From a virus: a stretch of DNA of 64,000 bases. Of the stretch, positions 17,841 to 26,639 are shown piece after piece. The notes beneath the pieces are model-generated. The model saw only the letters and a list, made by a program, of their open reading frames with translations. It was not told the origin of the DNA and made no database searches. Location of the stretch: IMG/VR virus record IMGVR_UViG_3300032289_001838, positions 1-64,000 of that record. One strand, written 5' to 3'. The first letter of the stretch is position 1, and every line of letters starts with the position of its first letter. The translations under genes and the position numbers were made by a program.

Positions 17841-18696
17841 TCTTTAACTTGTCGATTTCTTCAACTAATTCATAAGCGTTTAACAATGAAGTTAATTGAT
17901 TTTCTTTTACTACACCTACAACATTTTTATTAGAAAATTGATTAACTACTTCGGTTATCTTAATTTTTACTATATCAGAATTAATTGTTTGAAGATTTTC
18001 TTTTAGAATGAGACTTACTCTTTTATACTCTTCGTTGACAAATTTAGTAAATTTGTTTGAATTACTAATATTTGTAATGTATTCTTTAAGTAGTTTCTTT
18101 TGTGCTGGTAACAAATTACTATACTTAGTATTGAAATTTTCGATCAAGAATTTATAGGCTAATAATCTTACTTCTGCACTTTGACTTTCATAAACATCCA
18201 AACTTTCTTCTCCACTCTTCTTTTCTTTAATTAGATTTTCAACAACGTATTCTCTAGATTCTAATAATTCTTCAACATCAAATTTGACTTCTTGTTCAGC
18301 TTGGTTTTCAAATAATTTATATACCGAAGCGTATAATTTATAATTTGGAATTTTGTTCTTTAAAAATTCATCAATATTATATTTCTCTTTTATCTCTTTA
18401 ATAATATTATACTTTTGTTTATTCAATTCACGTTCGTCCAGTTTTGATCGTGTCTGCAGTACTACGTTCAAAATACGGTCGGCAGAATTTGCATCTTTAC
18501 TGGATTGTTGAAGTATGAAATTATATAATTGTGCTTCTTTACCAAGTTCTTTACTTTCGTGGAAGTATTTAAACATTAAATTTTTAGTAAACGATTCATC
18601 TCTACCCGCCAAAATATCCGCAGTTATTTGGCGAGTAAGAAGCTCAAACAATATTCCAGCATTCTTGAATTTTGAATGTTTTGCTTTCTTGTGCAT
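17812..18696 (-). CDS. Conserved hypothetical head-assembly protein
   Basis: KHSKFKNAGILFELLTRQITAD N-terminus; directly downstream of portal; TATTTATA at 18709-18716. Confidence 0.7.
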   Translation of the reverse strand: MHKKAKHSKFKNAGILFELLTRQITADILAGRDESFTKNLMFKYFHESKELGKEAQLYNFILQQSSKDANSADRILNVVLQTRSKLDERELNKQKYNIIKEIKEKYNIDEFLKNKIPNYKLYASVYKLFENQAEQEVKFDVEELLESREYVVENLIKEKKSGEESLDVYESQSAEVRLLAYKFLIENFNTKYSNLLPAQKKLLKEYITNISNSNKFTKFVNEEYKRVSLILKENLQTINSDIVKIKITEVVNQFSNKNVVGVVKENQLTSLLNAYELVEEIDKLKNEATLKTQD

Positions 18697-18748
18697 ATTA
18701 TTATTATTTATAAATATAGATCAACTATGTAAATATATAGGAATTGTG

Positions 18749-20647
18749 TTATTCTTTTATATTTATTTCGTCCATATAAGATTTTTCATCACCTTCTCTC
18801 AAAATTTTCTTTTCATCTTCAACTGTATTTAACATATCACTTAAACCTCTAAGTGATTCCAATGATAGAGGAGATTTGTTTTTGTATTTATGTGTTACGG
18901 ATAAATCGGACGTTCTATTATTTTCTAAGCCGCCTAGTGGGTCTTCTCCGAATGGATATTTACCAGCATCCTTTCTTCCGGTTTGATCTCTTTCTGCTAA
19001 TTTTGCTGGCGGTTCACTGGGTTTGCTTTCTTTATCAGTTGGCTTGTTCTCACCGGGTGATTTTTCAGTTGGTGACGATGTATCAGCTGCTTCTGTGTCA
19101 GCTGATCCATCTTCTGGTACTGATCCAGTGTCTCCTTCACCTTTGTCTTTAGATTGTAAGAATTTAATTGCTGGATCGTTACCTTCTTCTTCAATCTGTT
19201 TAAATCTATATGTGCCTTTAGCATCGTCAACTAATTGCTTTTGCAAATCAATCATATCTTGGTCACTTAAACCAAAGACATTTTCATAAATCCATTTTTT
19301 ACTGAAGAATTTATTTTCTTGCATGTCTTTGGAGACTTCAACTTTACTCTTCCAAACATCAATCTTTTCTTTTTCAAAGATAGTAGATGGATTTGTCAAT
19401 TCTAGTGTAAAGTCTACCAATGATTCATCACGATATCCTTGAGAATATAAGTGAATAACCGCAATCTTATTCAATTCACTAACAATAATTCTTTGAATAC
19501 GTTGAATTGTACGTGCAAAACGAATATCTTCTGCTGCCAATGTAGCTTTACCACTTAAACTTTCGTCGTAACCTAAGAATGCTTTTGGAATCTTGAGTGC
19601 TGCCATCATCTTATTACGAAGATATTCAATGTCGTCTGTGCCTGTCCATTCAAGACCTGGCAAATTATCAATACTAGTACCGCTGTCACTGCCACGAACT
19701 GGCAAGAAAAAGTCCTCTACCATGTTTTGTAGATTAAAACGTAAGTTATAATCGCCGGTTTGTTGATCCAAATATGGAGTCTTTTTCATTTGGTTCATTA
19801 TTCGTTCCATATGATTGTCAACTTCATTTGGAGGAATATTACCGATATCAACTTTGAAAATACGTTTTTCGGGAGCACGCATGATACGATGAATTAACAT
19901 TGCGTCTTCCATCAAACTCAATTGTTTCCAAACACGACGAGCGCCTTCCAACATACTCTTACCATATGGTAAAAAGTTACTGTCACTCAACAATCTAAAA
20001 TGTGCAATTTGGTAGTTTTCTAAGTCTTCAAGTTTGTTTCCATAGGGAAGATTAACTTGGAATTTAACGAAATTTTTATTGGTCAAATGTGCATTTTCTA
20101 CACGGGTTACATAATATGTACTCAAAGGTTCAACCAAATACACACCATACTCAGGACTAATATGTAAACGAAGATAAAAATCTCCATATTTAACCATGCA
20201 GCGAGTCCAACTCCAAAGATTGAATTCAATATTTAGAATATCATAGAATAGGTTATGAAGAATATTCTTGATTTCATCATTAGTAGACTTAATCTGCAAA
20301 ATATCACCCATTTCATTTCGTGTTGTACATTCATCTGCATAAATGTCTAATGCAGATGCAAGAATTGGATCCATATCCATTGTATCATAATCACGAAATA
20401 GTTCTACACGACTACTTTGATATGATAGATTGAAATCTCTTGTATATTGATTGTATGAAGTTGTACGTAATCTATTAAAACGATCTCTTAAACTATTACG
20501 ATCTGTAGCGTATTGAATCTCGTCGGTATCTACAACTTTTAGTTTCTTACCGCCAATATTACGAACAATTACATCATTTGAAAACAAACGTTTCAAACGT
20601 GCAAATAATGAACGGTTTCTTAATTCCTGAAATGATTGATCTGACAT
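18749..20647 (-). CDS. gp20: Portal protein (T4 gp20 family)
   Basis: LMEDAMLIHRIMRAPEKRIFKVDIGN, EDFFLPVRG, LPG, DIEYL and ALKIPKAFL motifs. Confidence 0.96.
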   Translation of the reverse strand: MSDQSFQELRNRSLFARLKRLFSNDVIVRNIGGKKLKVVDTDEIQYATDRNSLRDRFNRLRTTSYNQYTRDFNLSYQSSRVELFRDYDTMDMDPILASALDIYADECTTRNEMGDILQIKSTNDEIKNILHNLFYDILNIEFNLWSWTRCMVKYGDFYLRLHISPEYGVYLVEPLSTYYVTRVENAHLTNKNFVKFQVNLPYGNKLEDLENYQIAHFRLLSDSNFLPYGKSMLEGARRVWKQLSLMEDAMLIHRIMRAPEKRIFKVDIGNIPPNEVDNHMERIMNQMKKTPYLDQQTGDYNLRFNLQNMVEDFFLPVRGSDSGTSIDNLPGLEWTGTDDIEYLRNKMMAALKIPKAFLGYDESLSGKATLAAEDIRFARTIQRIQRIIVSELNKIAVIHLYSQGYRDESLVDFTLELTNPSTIFEKEKIDVWKSKVEVSKDMQENKFFSKKWIYENVFGLSDQDMIDLQKQLVDDAKGTYRFKQIEEEGNDPAIKFLQSKDKGEGDTGSVPEDGSADTEAADTSSPTEKSPGENKPTDKESKPSEPPAKLAERDQTGRKDAGKYPFGEDPLGGLENNRTSDLSVTHKYKNKSPLSLESLRGLSDMLNTVEDEKKILREGDEKSYMDEINIKE

Positions 20648-20670
20648 ATATTATTTTAATATATAAGTAT

Positions 20671-21864
20671 TTACAACAACCAAGTTAAACTTTCTTTTTT
20701 ATCGTTTACCGTAAAATCCATCGTCTTGTGATGGTCAGCAACACGACTCACATCCTTTTGAACGGTAACAGGACTTGTTACTTTAGATATTTTAGAAATC
20801 ATTGCTTTGTTATAAGCTATTTGATCATTTCTAAGTCTCAATGCGGTTTCACGAACCCACAAACCAATACCCATAGACATTACCAAGTCATCGTTATAAC
20901 CTCTCATCGCTTCTGCTTTAGGTCCGTTCCATATAAATACATTTAATTCCTCAAACAATCTTTTAGACTTCATAATCACTTGTTTTTGTCTAAAAAATAA
21001 CTCTAAATTACTTACTATTAACGGTCTATTTTTACTGGTTGTAGTAAATCCAGCTACTAATTTTTTATCTTGTGTATTTAACTTATTACTATACGACTTC
21101 TCCACATCTACAATGGTAAGATCTGTTGCACTATAAAATGTATTTTGATAATCTCTATCTATTATCTGTTGAAGTGTTCCCCAACCTACGTTATTATTTT
21201 CTACAACCAATAAAGCATTGTTATATTCGGTTGCAACAGTCACCAATAAATTACCATAATCTTTGGTTGTTAGTTGACCTCTATATTCAGCAACTTGTTC
21301 CATCGTCTCAATATCGATAACATGAAATGCACTAAAATCTCCACCATCTCCTCTTGCACAGTCTGCTGTTAATAGATAATTTTTACTATAATTAGGATAA
21401 TCCCATATCCATAAATCTTGATTATTACCACGCTTTTCTACGGGATCTTTTATATAGGTCTGTTTATAAAACTCAAGAACATCTACACTCACAACTTGAT
21501 TACCTGATGTACTAAAATCACAATTATGTGAAACAATTCCGTCTACATTAAAAACATTACCGCCGGAGACGTTTACTATATCATATAAATCAATGGGATT
21601 TTCGAATTTTTCTATCGTTATGACAACTACATCTACACCATTTGCTCCCGATATTTTTGATCCGATTTTGATATCGTGAGATCGCAGTACTGAATTTTTA
21701 TATATAAAAGGATGATTGTCCGAACATTTTATTATTTTGCCATTACTCAATAATATTTTATAGTAACAATCCTTTTTTATTTTTCTGATTCCAAAAAAAT
21801 CTTGGTAACCTGTTGGAGTCAAAATTTGAAACTTAGTATTTAGTTTAACATTTGAATCGATCAT
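20671..21864 (-). CDS. terL: Terminase large subunit, C-terminal part (split-intein C-fragment + nuclease domain)
   Basis: First 114 aa are intein-like and end in VSHN|C, followed by RNase H-like nuclease motifs ADCARG..D, VVENN and NDDLVM. Confidence 0.93.
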   Translation of the reverse strand: MIDSNVKLNTKFQILTPTGYQDFFGIRKIKKDCYYKILLSNGKIIKCSDNHPFIYKNSVLRSHDIKIGSKISGANGVDVVVITIEKFENPIDLYDIVNVSGGNVFNVDGIVSHNCDFSTSGNQVVSVDVLEFYKQTYIKDPVEKRGNNQDLWIWDYPNYSKNYLLTADCARGDGGDFSAFHVIDIETMEQVAEYRGQLTTKDYGNLLVTVATEYNNALLVVENNNVGWGTLQQIIDRDYQNTFYSATDLTIVDVEKSYSNKLNTQDKKLVAGFTTTSKNRPLIVSNLELFFRQKQVIMKSKRLFEELNVFIWNGPKAEAMRGYNDDLVMSMGIGLWVRETALRLRNDQIAYNKAMISKISKVTSPVTVQKDVSRVADHHKTMDFTVNDKKESLTWLL

Positions 21865-22730
21865 ATGTCTATTGTAAATAGTTTACACCCTAACAAATTT
21901 TTAATTTCAGTTTCTCTTTGGAAATCTCTTTGTTTCAATTTACCATTTTTATAGTGTCGTTTTTCGTATATTTCTAACACAACATTATTTTTCTCATCAT
22001 ATGCATCTAGAAAATAACCAAGTTCTTTAAGAAAAACTTCGCCACCATTTTCAGCGTGTCTAAATGTATATCCGTGTGTATTACCAAATTCCTCAATTAG
22101 TTGTATTGATTTTTTGTTATAACGAGGTATAATTTGACCTTTTATTTCCGATAAATACTTTAATGTGGATACTCTCATTTTTTGTTTTGTTTCTGGAGTA
22201 TGTAGTTTACCAATTTGAGTTTTATGATATTCCGGACATCTACGACAATATTTTGTCCATGTTATTTTTTTCCCACATTGACATTTTAATTTTGTCAAAT
22301 CATAATTATGTTCAACAATAAAACGAATCCGATAAGAAAAATTATACCGTCCCTTGTAACTTTGTTGTTGTTTAAATGCATTTTCTAGAATACTCGTATG
22401 AAAAAGAATTGATTTATATAGTTTTGGGTTTTGTTTTATCAGAGTTCTATTCTTAGCACGACCAAATAAAAATTTATAATAATTTTCATTTAACAATTCG
22501 GATTTGGTTTCTTCACGTGAATATAAATCAGTTTCACAACTTAATTGTTTCTTGATTTTATCCCAACCGACCGTTACATAATTTTTAGGTACACACATAT
22601 GGGTTGCAATCACATTCTTGTATAATACATATGATTACAATTCTCCGGAATACAATTTTTCTAAAGAAATGTCAAATTCTTTTCCTGATGTTTTATCTCT
22701 GACTCTAATCGTAGACTCTCCCCATAGACA
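21523..22730 (-). mobile_element. Split intein (IntN 22638-22730, IntC 21523-21864) flanking a free-standing homing endonuclease
   Basis: IntN begins CLWGES (31 aa); IntC contains CSDNHPF, LYD and SHN|C. Splicing restores AAQECD|CDFSTSG. Confidence 0.92.
21861..22613 (-). CDS. Free-standing homing endonuclease (NUMOD3 + Vsr-like/PD-(D/E)XK domain)
   Basis: GKLHTPETKQKMR NUMOD3 motif, Cys pairs, C-terminal YFLDAYD..NNVVLEIYEKRHY..RD..R. The start is uncertain (GTG 22613 or ATG 22598). Confidence 0.8.
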   Translation of the reverse strand: MIATHMCVPKNYVTVGWDKIKKQLSCETDLYSREETKSELLNENYYKFLFGRAKNRTLIKQNPKLYKSILFHTSILENAFKQQQSYKGRYNFSYRIRFIVEHNYDLTKLKCQCGKKITWTKYCRRCPEYHKTQIGKLHTPETKQKMRVSTLKYLSEIKGQIIPRYNKKSIQLIEEFGNTHGYTFRHAENGGEVFLKELGYFLDAYDEKNNVVLEIYEKRHYKNGKLKQRDFQRETEIKNLLGCKLFTIDI

Positions 22731-23468
22731 ATCACATTCTTGGGCTGCGCCTTTTACACCAGATAATTCTGTTTGTTTATCTCTCCAAGCTTGATCTCTT
22801 TCTGGATGCAGATGCCATGGTAACCTTATAGTTTTAAAATTGTTCTTACCTTCTTCAGCTTCTACCCACGTTTTATGGAAGAAATTGCCAACGCCATTTG
22901 GAGTACTTAATATAATAGCTCTACCACCAGTGGACAATGTATATTGAGCAGACAGCCAAATTTCTTCAATGCCATCGATAAACGCAGCTTCGTCAATGAT
23001 TAGTAATGATAGTGCGGAAGAACGACCAGCTGTACCAGCAGAAGAGACTGCTTTGATTTGAGAACCATTCTTTAAACGCAATGATAATCTATTATCTTCT
23101 ACGCATGGTACTTTTAACCAAGATGGCAAGTTATCATTAGCAAATCTAACTTTGGTAACGATTTCTTTTGCGGTTTCTTGTGTAATACTAATACAAAGAA
23201 TGTTCTTGTCGTTGTGGAATGTCATTAACCACAAACTATAAGCCGCAGTAAGAGTACTAATACCCATCTGACGACTTTTGAGAACAACGTTTAACTGATT
23301 ATCAACAAAGTCTTGTAAAGCGTCTTCTTGGAATGGATATAGTTCAAATCCAACAGTACCACGTATAGGATGTTGAATTTTGACATACTTCTTCATGAAG
23401 TATATAGGATCCTCAATACACTTCTTATACTCTTGTTTTATTATTTCTCTTAGATTTGGCTGACTCAT
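22635..23468 (-). CDS. terL: Terminase large subunit, N-terminal ATPase part + split-intein N-fragment
   Basis: LYPFQ, Walker A KSRQMGIST, Walker B LIIDEAAF and STPNG motifs; ends in a 31-aa IntN. Confidence 0.95.
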   Translation of the reverse strand: MSQPNLREIIKQEYKKCIEDPIYFMKKYVKIQHPIRGTVGFELYPFQEDALQDFVDNQLNVVLKSRQMGISTLTAAYSLWLMTFHNDKNILCISITQETAKEIVTKVRFANDNLPSWLKVPCVEDNRLSLRLKNGSQIKAVSSAGTAGRSSALSLLIIDEAAFIDGIEEIWLSAQYTLSTGGRAIILSTPNGVGNFFHKTWVEAEEGKNNFKTIRLPWHLHPERDQAWRDKQTELSGVKGAAQECDCLWGESTIRVRDKTSGKEFDISLEKLYSGEL

Positions 23469-24072
23469 ACTTTTCTTCGTACTCTTTTATTTTAAGATTC
23501 AATTCTTCCAATCGAACGTCAATCACACCTATATCCTTTGTCAAATCTTCAAATATTTTATTGTAATCTATATTACCATCCCACTTTTCAAACGATCCAT
23601 CTTCCTCAAGAAATGTAACATCTTTATCTTTATTTTCTTCACAGAACTTTTTGCTTTCTTCAAACTTCTTCTTATAGTCCTCTAAAATACTACGTTCATT
23701 TTTCAAATCTTGAAGTTCATTATACACTTCAAACATTCCGATCAATTTAAGATTTGTTTGGAAATCAATAAAACAGTCATAACAATATCCCGTCTTTGGC
23801 CAAACTCTATCATCTAAATAATTACCCCATCGAACATCCATATTACAACATTTACAACGTTGTTCGTTGATAATGGTAGCACGTTTTGAAACTCTACGTT
23901 TACTTCCATTTTTCCAAACCCATTTTCTACCTTGACTGTCCTCCCATTCGTCACCTTCTTTGCGTTTATTGTTTTCCAAACTGGCATCATAGCCAACTTG
24001 TACGAATGGACGTTCGCCCGATAAGTAATCTTTTACAATTGATAAATTGCTTTTACCTGATGCTTTCTTCAT
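23425..24072 (-). CDS. Conserved hypothetical Zn-finger protein upstream of terL
   Basis: KEGDEWED, CKCC...CYDC, C-terminal coiled coil. Confidence 0.7.
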   Translation of the reverse strand: MKKASGKSNLSIVKDYLSGERPFVQVGYDASLENNKRKEGDEWEDSQGRKWVWKNGSKRRVSKRATIINEQRCKCCNMDVRWGNYLDDRVWPKTGYCYDCFIDFQTNLKLIGMFEVYNELQDLKNERSILEDYKKKFEESKKFCEENKDKDVTFLEEDGSFEKWDGNIDYNKIFEDLTKDIGVIDVRLEELNLKIKEYEEKYESAKSKRNNKTRV

Positions 24073-24090
24073 AACAAATACGTATTTAAT

Positions 24091-25125
24091 TTATTTCTTA
24101 AACTTACTTCCAAGACCTTTTATAATAAAACTTCCTGTAATTTTAAATGGATTACTATAAATACTTGAGTCTCTTACAACTATACCTTCGTGTTTTTCCA
24201 AGTCTCCAATTTCACTGGTAGCATTTTTTAATATTTCATCTCCCAATTTAATTGTGGTTAAATAAACAATGGTATCATTAACTATTTTATTTACATCTTG
24301 ACCGGCGAAATCTTGACTGATATTCTTACTATCAACCGCTTTTAAAAATTGTTCACGGGTAATAAGAGGAGTTTTAAACTTTAATCCTTTTAACCAATCT
24401 TTCAAAGACTTGGTTACAGCTTCACCCATAGGATACAATGTAACTTGTTGCGTCAAAACACTAGCTAGTTTTGGTTCTGATTTGAAAGTAGTGTCAATGC
24501 TACCCAACACCTTAAAACCACTCTTCATAGCAACCTTATTTAATTTGTTTATATAAGACTGCATTGCGGTTTTATCATATGGTATTTCAACAGCTTCTCT
24601 TGATTTAACACTTCCATCTTTACCAAATGTTTTTGGTTTAATTTCTTTTAATCCGTGGATAGCTAAAAAGTTTCCAATTTCACCATATCCCAACACATTT
24701 GTTTGTCCCTCTACATATTCAATGTTGAATAGTATATTAGGATTATCTAGTAACCCAAGCGTTTTCAATTCGGATCTTGTAGATGGAATTGCAGCATCAA
24801 AAATATTGATAACTTTAGTACCTATATTAACAAATCCGTGACCAGCTCCAAATCTTGTCTCCAAATCTTCAGGTCTCATTCCTTTGATATCCAATGGCTT
24901 TGCTGATCCACGATCCATCACAAATTGGCCGTTTATCATACGGATACTTGCATTAACACCGTCAATCTTTACACTACCAGCGCCTTGCTTCAAAGACTTT
25001 ACTGCTTTTGCAAATACGTCAACTAATTTAGCTCCTGTATCTACAAAATCAAATGGATGTGCCATATGTCCACCTGCACCACCTTCTTGTATTACTTCAC
25101 TTAAAATGTTATTTAGTCTTATCAT
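24091..25125 (-). CDS. Putative ligase-fold nucleotidyltransferase
   Basis: GHMAHPFD, KIDG (motif I), NIEY, HEGIVVR (motif IV) and FKITG (motif V). Confidence 0.55.
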   Translation of the reverse strand: MIRLNNILSEVIQEGGAGGHMAHPFDFVDTGAKLVDVFAKAVKSLKQGAGSVKIDGVNASIRMINGQFVMDRGSAKPLDIKGMRPEDLETRFGAGHGFVNIGTKVINIFDAAIPSTRSELKTLGLLDNPNILFNIEYVEGQTNVLGYGEIGNFLAIHGLKEIKPKTFGKDGSVKSREAVEIPYDKTAMQSYINKLNKVAMKSGFKVLGSIDTTFKSEPKLASVLTQQVTLYPMGEAVTKSLKDWLKGLKFKTPLITREQFLKAVDSKNISQDFAGQDVNKIVNDTIVYLTTIKLGDEILKNATSEIGDLEKHEGIVVRDSSIYSNPFKITGSFIIKGLGSKFKK

Positions 25126-25882
25126 ATGGTTTTAAAAATGTTTTATCGAATACAGGAATTGCTTTTTTGTAAGAACTCTTTGTTTCATCAAGAGCATTAT
25201 CTGTAAATTGCCAATTCCAAAATAATTCATTTGGCGTTTTGAATCCAAAAAATTGTAATACTTCTTTTTGTGTTTGAGTAACATCTTTTCCATTCCAATT
25301 TTGACCAGTAGCAATAAATCCTGAATCTATATCTTTTACTATATTGCTTTCACCCAAAGTAGAATGTCGGTTCTCAATCCAAGTCAATCTTTCGATCAAT
25401 TTTTGATAAAAACCATTGGCTTGACCCCATCTTACACTAGCAAAAAATAAAACGACATCACTTTCAAATAACTCTTTACTTATTTTCCACAATTCATCAT
25501 TTTTGTTATTAATACTAGCCCAACAACGAAGATCGCCTGTAGGATTTTTGTCTTTATCTTTTAATGAAGCATCTTTTGTTCCACAATGATTTCCCCATTT
25601 AGATGATACGTTACCCTCACACGGAAATATGTTTAACTTGGTTGTATCAATTAAAGATACTTTTTCTTTGCCTAATAATTCTTGTATTTTAATTGCTAAT
25701 TGTGTGCTTTTAGCGATATCATCTTTGTGACCACTCCATCTATTACTGGTTGTAAGCAATAGTACTTTGTTCTTGGTACGTAAATATTCTATTGTCTTTT
25801 TGTATTTACGAGCATAAAGATCCATATCTTGCTCGCTTTGAGGAAGTTTGGCTTCTAATAATAAATCGTTTAAACTGATCAT
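25109..25882 (-). CDS. Flavodoxin-fold protein (NADPH-dependent FMN reductase / iron-sulfur flavoprotein-like)
   Basis: LLLTTSNR..KST, LNIFPCEG, SDVVLFFASVRWG..KLIERL. Start reassigned to ATG 25882 (MISLNDLLLE). Confidence 0.75.
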   Translation of the reverse strand: MISLNDLLLEAKLPQSEQDMDLYARKYKKTIEYLRTKNKVLLLTTSNRWSGHKDDIAKSTQLAIKIQELLGKEKVSLIDTTKLNIFPCEGNVSSKWGNHCGTKDASLKDKDKNPTGDLRCWASINNKNDELWKISKELFESDVVLFFASVRWGQANGFYQKLIERLTWIENRHSTLGESNIVKDIDSGFIATGQNWNGKDVTQTQKEVLQFFGFKTPNELFWNWQFTDNALDETKSSYKKAIPVFDKTFLKPYDKTK

Positions 25883-25901
25883 TTTGATAATTGGTATAAA
25901 A

Positions 25902-26336
25902 TTATTTGTTTGTTTTTTTAACCACCCCATATCCAGAACCATATGGAGATGATTTACCAGATTCTGGATTTGATGTTTCTTTATTTAATTTTATTGTTTT
26001 TGCTTTTGATGCCTCTTTACGTTGTATAGCATAGTCTAAAGCACTTTTCAACCTGCTTTTAACATTTGGATCTTTAGCATTTTGATAAGCTGCTCTAACT
26101 CTCTGATGTATAAGATTTATAATTTGAGATTGTCTTTTGTGACTTTTTGATTTAAAACTACTACTAGCTAGTGTATCTTTAATGTCTTGTGATGTTCTAA
26201 ATTTTACTCTAACCGTATCTTTCGGATTTTCATCTGTATACAATCTTCTACCAGATCCTTTTGGTTTTTTACCAGTTCCAACCTTTGGATCAGACTCAGA
26301 TAAAACTTCATTTAAAATGTCTGTTAAACTAATCAT
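25902..26336 (-). CDS. Conserved hypothetical basic protein (LYTDENPKDT motif)
   Basis: 144-aa ORF tiling with its neighbours. Confidence 0.7.
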   Translation of the reverse strand: MISLTDILNEVLSESDPKVGTGKKPKGSGRRLYTDENPKDTVRVKFRTSQDIKDTLASSSFKSKSHKRQSQIINLIHQRVRAAYQNAKDPNVKSRLKSALDYAIQRKEASKAKTIKLNKETSNPESGKSSPYGSGYGVVKKTNK

Positions 26337-26623
26337 TTGGTCAAATCTTCCAATTTACTTTGCATTGTCATACCACGAATCACTTCAGGTGTGCCGCCGT
26401 TGTCTCTATTAAAATAACGTTTATAATTGCTTAGTGCAACGTCTAATCTAGCTTTATCAATTGGTTCTTTTGAAAGAATATCTTTAACCATCTTTAAATT
26501 GTTGACAACTAAAACATTTGTATCGTTAATAACTTCGTCGATTAATTTTAAAAGAGATGGATCTACTGCTTCTTTAACTTGTGGGTTAGTTAAATCCTCA
26601 ACGATTCGTGTTAATAGTATCAT
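26333..26623 (-). CDS. Hypothetical protein
   Basis: 96-aa ORF; ATGA overlap with the next gene; TATTTATA-N4-ATG upstream. Confidence 0.7.
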   Translation of the reverse strand: MILLTRIVEDLTNPQVKEAVDPSLLKLIDEVINDTNVLVVNNLKMVKDILSKEPIDKARLDVALSNYKRYFNRDNGGTPEVIRGMTMQSKLEDLTK

Positions 26624-26627
26624 AATA

Positions 26628-26635
26628 TATAAATA
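26628..26635 (-). promoter_or_regulatory. Putative late promoter TATTTATA
   Basis: TATTTATA-N4-ATG (26623). Confidence 0.65.
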
Positions 26636-26639
26636 GTAA

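Noticed and set aside
21865-22634. Group I intron as the explanation for the split terL
   Set aside because: Both flanks carry clear intein motifs (Cys1; His-Asn|Cys), and there is almost no non-coding space for a ribozyme core.
23425-24072. Terminase small subunit call
   Set aside because: Position fits, but I recognise no TerS motif, so it is left as hypothetical.
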